A stretch of 64,000 bases of DNA, taken from contig JAGMCT010000002.1 in the NCBI GenBank assembly GCA_023129075.1, forward strand, positions 67,077-131,076, in the 5' to 3' direction. Positions 61,501-64,000 of the stretch are shown here, one piece after another. Origin of the DNA: Candidatus Micrarchaeota archaeon. Its GTDB lineage: Archaea; Micrarchaeota; Micrarchaeia; Anstonellales; Bilamarchaeaceae. Below the pieces are notes generated by a model that was not told where the DNA came from, ran no database searches, and was given only the letters and a program-made list of their open reading frames with translations. Made by a program: the position numbers and the translations under genes. The first letter of the stretch is position 1; each line of letters opens with the position of its first letter.

Positions 61501-64000
61501 TCTATGTTTGGCGGGATTATTCTCTCAGGTATGAGTTCCTATTGTACTATTAATAATAATAATATTTCAGGCAGTTTAAATGGAAATGGAATTAGCCTAA
61601 CGGAAATAAGGTCACCACCAGCATCAGATTATATTCCTTCATCATGTATGTACAATAATATCACCAACAACACAATTACTAATTATCAGAAAGGGATTGA
61701 TGTCTTCAATTCCACGTTCAACATTTTCACCAGCAATAATGTAAGCTTGAACAACGACACCGGATTTTATCTCAACATCAGCCATAATAATTCAATCTAT
61801 AATAATTATTTCGCTGATAATAATAAAAGCGTCTTTGACAACGGCAACAACTCCTGGAATACTACATACAATTGTACGATACTCGGCTACACCAATATAA
61901 TCGGCGGGAACTGCACGGGAGGGAATTACTGGAGTGATTATAATGGAACAGACAATACTGGTGACGGCATTGGCGATACCGAACTCCCTTGGCAGGGCTC
62001 TTCGTCCATTCAGAATGGCGGTGACTGGCTGCCTCTGGTGCCGGTTGCTGGACCATCTCCATTTCTTGTAAGATTCACACCCCCCACCCCGTCAAATGGC
62101 ACAACTGTCATGTCACCCCCCATAACAATAAATGTAAGCATATCAGGAGCCGCTGCTTTGAATGAAGTTAACTTTAGCTGGGATAATACAACTCATGGAA
62201 TGTACAATAGCAGTTTAATCCTCATGTATAATTTTGATAACATCCCAATCATAGGAGATAATAATACATACGTAAAAGACATAAGCAACAGCAGTTATGA
62301 TGGAGTTCTAATAGGAGATGCACATTATGTAACCGGAAGATACGGAGAGGCAATAAATTTTGATGGGGATGGAGATTATCTTGCCATCAAAAACTTACAC
62401 TTTGACACAACAGGAGAGATTGGAAATCTTACGGTATGCGTTTGGTTCAAGACTAAAGAATCAGGCGGAGGGACCTTTGATAACTGGGCGTTTGTAGATT
62501 TTGACCGAAGCGAATATTTCAATTTCTTTATCCGGCCAAACGGGCTTTTAGGCTTTGGAACGACCAGTTGCGGCGGTTGCACACATGACTTCTACGGAAG
62601 CACTCCTGCCAATGATGATGAATGGCATTTCGGCTGTGCTGTATTTGATTCTTTAGATACATATGACAAAAAATTATATTTAGATGGAAAGCTGGATAAT
62701 AAAGTTGATGCTTATTCAACAGGGATAACCTTAGGAACAGGAACTACCAGGTACGGATTTATTGGAGACGGTTCTGAAGCTGCAGTTTTCAATGGAACTA
62801 GAAACGAGTTGTACTATAACGGAACAATCGATGAAGTAAGAATTTGGAATATGAGTTTAAGCGCAGACCAAATACAACAACAGTATTTTTCCAATTTATA
62901 CAAATATGATGCAGATAAATGGCAGTTGTACATTGACCAAGAAGACTCAGACGGCACATATGATTATTATGCCTGCGCTTCTGACCTATCCAACGATTTT
63001 AATTGCACTGAAATAAGAACCATAACAATAGACATGTTCCCTCCTGTAATAACAATCATAAGCCCTGAAGCAAAAACATATATTGCAGATATGATAGACT
63101 TTAATGTAAGTTTAAATAAACCTGGAGACTGGTGCGGATACAGCTTGGACGGCCCTGAGAAATACAATGAAATGGTTGCATTCTGGAAGTTTGAAAAAAC
63201 TGCCAAAGATTTTGCAGGAAGCAATCATGGAACAGCCTATGGTGTTACAGATACCGCTGGATACAGCGGTTTTGCTTATAATTTTGACGGCGATGATTAC
63301 ATCAGCATACCCAATTCATATGATATCAACCTGGGAGTTCATGACAAGAGAACAATAAGCGCATGGTTCAAAGTAAATGATAAGGATTTAGATGCCAAGC
63401 AGGTAATATATGAAGAGGGAGCAACAGTAAGAGGATTGAATATATATGTATACAACGGCTCCCTTTATGTTGGAGGCTGGAATGAGCCAGCTGCTGAGAG
63501 CAATTGGGATGGAACCTGGATGAATACAAGCAGTATATCCAGCAACACCTGGCATCATGTAGTGGTGCGCCTTGATGGAACACCAGCAGTCCAAATTGAT
63601 GCACTAAAAGGCTATCTGGACGGCGCCAATTTTGCAAACGGCAGCGGTTCACAATTATGGTCCCACAGCGGTGACATCAGTATAGGAAGAAATGGAGATA
63701 CAAAATTCCATGATGGAGATGATGGCAGTTTAGGTGAATATTTCAATGGAACAATAGATGAGGTAATAATTTACAATGATGCGCTTACAGATACTCAAAT
63801 AGAAAACATATATAATAGTACATTGGTTTCAATGGACAAATACAGCAATACATATTTCAACTATACAAAAAACATGTCTGGTAAAGCACCTCATATTGTT
63901 GTATTCTACTGCAATGACACGCACGGAAATATGGGAAAATCCAATAAAAGATATTTTGCAGTAGATACTGTTCCGCCGGCAATTTCATTAGAAGCTCCCC
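52543..64000 (+). CDS. Giant (>3819 aa, truncated by the window) secreted beta-helix/LamG surface glycoprotein
   Basis: ATG 52543 opens MLGSKSGLGLALLLFILALLQ. Frame spot-checked open, and its absence from the ORF track is consistent with no stop before the window end. Contains NosD-like repeats, DSDGDGL..YEE..GTNP..DTDSDGL repeats (~59930-60110) and two LamG-like domains (FNGTIDEV). Confidence 0.88.
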   Translation, partial: MLGSKSGLGLALLLFILALLQPISDTTFTKTINISYFESMESDFSNLQVFSISDEGAEPLVYTILEYSPGEWALLEISIPYDSERLLFTHFLLDNYEPVTISGKEVKYYFEKINGAGYIRLKDSFIENITIHNISASSNIEIFKDIIVSNDELENLRAFSFNPKNIESAEISIIAKGYFLFKCKDWNYTTQSCQGEWEYQFPITPGKPYTIHLNSLDPGYAESGPFIAFDDRGLTVTSNVYSSDNVYANKKASISYWVNGTWNMDILGDLNSANFKCELKVDLAALGTLYHEWFNSSSSSWKTICTKSTTIQITDTTHSCDVSSDLNTSESSHTLRCRIAFLLLKDISIDYISLDSDFQCVNLSNPSTYQNRVVNMSGIYYINDNVILCTDNYSTTDDLIRINASSITLDCGGSTLDGDDAGSDYGIDTQQNNYLEIKNCIITDFRSGIYTDANYSNFTNNTVYSNIEGFSVVSSSNNSFTNNTAHNNLKCGFSLSSSLNNTLTNNTANSNQDGFHLQSSSIYNTLINNTAQENLGCDLVIAISTAGDCNNLIENNTGSGGRPILYANESVTWSNLEASEVILCNADYSVITNVTVKGSDALDNNYFLLYHSDNLSISDSSSVNNLYGFYASYCSHNNFTNNTANSNNNYGFYIRYGSNNAFTNNTANYNNYGFYIRSSPSNIFTNNTADSNDNYGIYLYSTSDNKLTNNTASMNGRCGFTLYSSSNYNTLASNTVSSNERSGFYFYSSSGNNISNSIIINNSQRGMHLYGNSDNNTFENITLHGNAQSSSYYEIYFDRSGVIYPEYNTFTDIKLYNSTRYIGFDDQTHTNQNNFTNLSICYNSTIGCINWDFLNLTYANLANATTIILDPEFISLNTSNTGAAQFNSSANITIYAEDCAHPIYKASNFPDSRDSILSSGSKVNPIYNTCSNNIAVFSTVNDFSGYTKGYVGCVNLSNPSTYQNKVVNMSGIYYINDNVTLCTDNYSTTDDLIRINASSITLDCNGSTLDGDDAGDDYGIDTQGNDYLEIKNCIITDFESAISATGTTYSNFTNNTAISNTDGFIASSFNFNILLNNTATSNTKHGFHISSSSNNIFTNNTAQHNGYGFGIYTTSEYNTFTNNIAYSNNAGGFYLRTSTYSIFTNNTASSNSNGFYFYSSSSNNISNSIIINNLNRGIYLYRNSDNNTFENITLHGNAQSSSYEIYFDRNLADYPEHNTFTDIKLYNSTRYIGFDDQTHTNQNNFTNLSICYNSTIGCINWDFLNLTYANLANATTIILDPEFISLNTSNAGAVQFNSSANITVEVVSCIKPAEFIIRRLTEFPQSKNIILTSGQDYDPTSISCPSSTSIKFNISSFSGFAPLKAGITDCYTIAHPGDYWIVDDIDASSVNEVSARACINISSSNVNLNLNGFSIANGSNISGIFANGSSSYQYTNITIRDGTVTNFTHNSTIGPAYIGGIIFTYIENSSLSNLSVSYASKQTPAKVSTYGIFFDGSSYNSILNLTVHNNEQNGIRIESYSNYNNFSDIISLSNIGTGIRISSSLNNRIDQSTIYSNSGRGIHLDSSNYTMVLDTLTYDNSYGISLTSTSNNTLTNITSHTNSNGGFYSSASSGNNITNILSYNNTQEGFFITTSHFNKLENITTYTNSRRGLVLFLSNYNTLENITTYNNPWYGIFISSASNNNLINITSYNNSQHSLYIYANSDNNIFTDLTFYEDGKSPSYYEVYFGRNGVIYPEYNTFTDIKLYNSTRYIGFDDQTHTNQNNFTNLSICYNSTIGCINWDFLNLTYANLANATTIILDPEFISLNTSNAGAVQFNSSANITIYAEDCAHPIYKASNFPDSRDLILSSGSKVNPIYNTCSNNIAVFSTVNDFSGYTKGYAGCVNLSNPSTYQNKVVNMSGIYYINNDVILCTDNYSTTDDLIRINASFITLDCNDSILDGDNAGGDEGINTQQNNYLEIKNCIITDFERGIYLFNSTYNRIDNNNISNCINAGILISKSSNNTNITNNFITNTGGDAIKIDNSIYNWVYNNTLSNSNGMGVNCLISPYTTIEQNTISISQINGICIENTSYINVINNNISDSGYLDIVVAYAHYNNITSNEIHSLNDPGVFGGIVITAQSENNTIENNVLSGDSTENGIALSNTNYPTEPQYLKDLGSANVHNNIINNTITNYKKGIYVFNSTFNTFISNKVSLNNDTGFYLNISHNNSIYDNYFADNNKSVFDNGNNSWNTTYNCTGPANIIGGSCRGGNFYSDYSGMDNGMSLEPGHNYSLDGIGDQPLNYTILGGSAVDNLPLSNNASLYYLHKCRATSFCDEGTLSLSPLTSELEVALCSNFVSFRMREPALENTTIYISNIYYHTWFRGYNNSNISVGWQKYYNWSNQTDAYFYPTDKLVSEYLGFHLLSHIQSANISYANPGEINGNFAIKWARYEYSPIIWSRYDRPSYIMLNLPSIAVLQNGDSDGDGLSNYEELMNGTNPVSNDTDSDGLSDYNETHWVTDPNNPDVDNDGLVDGSDPMPCDTRYNTTYNMSAENGIVEVTCNASNSGYIFQDLNVDNGDDFTIRNCRILFNSTDNSLGDPRGITVLNGGRLQIYNSTIETYNRTYSWLFEVNGTTTLEDSTLFEMVTIGLHDSSTSIVNNCTMATWSGDNIINGKDGGNDIITNNTFMYCSNEGTGYPHRIITLSDTYNITISNNNFLVSCGSIGGIQISDNSHDNKIINNVVQNTVCFLDGPHANSNLSDNTIAYNNVSTSLLGAVILWGDNTKSRIIGNRLSGRIEANFADDAVIENNTIYHDGTFNYRGVTLDQSDNATIVGNHIYDRDIAIMVTESTNMNIKNNRIHNNTQHGIYVWDIDNSSVTNNTIHNSSMAGIFLNASSNNIITNNNISLNEEDGISLINSSYNNITENTLFDNSDNGIILEEESEHNLIQNNAVNESTVANVIIVGSNYNNIISNNLSNAKVAEMIVIFSGWITISDNELVSSSSMFGGIILSGMSSYCTINNNNISGSLNGNGISLTEIRSPPASDYIPSSCMYNNITNNTITNYQKGIDVFNSTFNIFTSNNVSLNNDTGFYLNISHNNSIYNNYFADNNKSVFDNGNNSWNTTYNCTILGYTNIIGGNCTGGNYWSDYNGTDNTGDGIGDTELPWQGSSSIQNGGDWLPLVPVAGPSPFLVRFTPPTPSNGTTVMSPPITINVSISGAAALNEVNFSWDNTTHGMYNSSLILMYNFDNIPIIGDNNTYVKDISNSSYDGVLIGDAHYVTGRYGEAINFDGDGDYLAIKNLHFDTTGEIGNLTVCVWFKTKESGGGTFDNWAFVDFDRSEYFNFFIRPNGLLGFGTTSCGGCTHDFYGSTPANDDEWHFGCAVFDSLDTYDKKLYLDGKLDNKVDAYSTGITLGTGTTRYGFIGDGSEAAVFNGTRNELYYNGTIDEVRIWNMSLSADQIQQQYFSNLYKYDADKWQLYIDQEDSDGTYDYYACASDLSNDFNCTEIRTITIDMFPPVITIISPEAKTYIADMIDFNVSLNKPGDWCGYSLDGPEKYNEMVAFWKFEKTAKDFAGSNHGTAYGVTDTAGYSGFAYNFDGDDYISIPNSYDINLGVHDKRTISAWFKVNDKDLDAKQVIYEEGATVRGLNIYVYNGSLYVGGWNEPAAESNWDGTWMNTSSISSNTWHHVVVRLDGTPAVQIDALKGYLDGANFANGSGSQLWSHSGDISIGRNGDTKFHDGDDGSLGEYFNGTIDEVIIYNDALTDTQIENIYNSTLVSMDKYSNTYFNYTKNMSGKAPHIVVFYCNDTHGNMGKSNKRYFAVDTVPPAISLEAP
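53620..58457 (+). repeat. Dispersed near-identical modules in the giant gene: A (53620-53876, 55399-55655, 58195-58451), B (~54796-55220, 56028-56450, ~57715-58016), and the B+C+A block 54919-55661 repeated at +2796
   Basis: Long runs of identical DNA, e.g. TACAGATATAAAACTCTACAATTCCACAAGATACATTGG at 54972, 56202 and 57768. Confidence 0.9.
59056..61877 (+). repeat. Module D direct repeat (59056-59261 / 61672-61877)
   Basis: About 206-bp copies offset by 2616 bp, differing mainly at synonymous sites. Confidence 0.85.

Noticed and set aside
53620..61877. CRISPR array or diversity-generating retroelement TR/VR pair
   Set aside because: The repeats are long, in-frame coding modules. Differences are mostly synonymous rather than adenine-specific, and there are no cas or reverse transcriptase genes in the window.

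Overview
This is a compact archaeal chromosomal segment with DPANN-like gene content, most plausibly Micrarchaeota (inference). The first ~44 kb is mostly housekeeping: PINA ATPase, Sua5, EndoIV, ThyX, a beta-CASP nuclease, a GlmU-like enzyme, PheS, Nre, TFE, Rpo7/Spt4/eS26, Cdc6, SepF, RNase Z, aTrm56, RFC-L, DTD2 and PCNA. It carries four tRNAs: Val-GAC, intron-containing Ile-UAU, Gly-GCC and intron-containing Met-CAU. The last 20 kb holds two divergent giant surface-protein genes. One is a 2238-aa Cys/Asp-rich protein translationally coupled to a transglutaminase. The other is a >3800-aa beta-helix/LamG protein missing from the ORF track because it runs off the window. The most notable observations are: (1) the tRNA-Met intron looks like a box C/D guide aimed at its own wobble C34; (2) a rare tRNA-Ile(UAU); (3) a secreted 'W-A-G-[YF]-Y-G-N' domain occurs both as a free small protein on a palindromic bidirectional promoter and at the N-terminus of the giant membrane-anchored protein, suggesting an undescribed filament or surface system; (4) a dif-like 28-bp site at an apparent strand-skew inversion; (5) a modular constant/variable repeat architecture in the giant beta-helix gene. 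No CRISPR array, rRNA, transposase or integrase was seen. All calls were made by eye without database searches.
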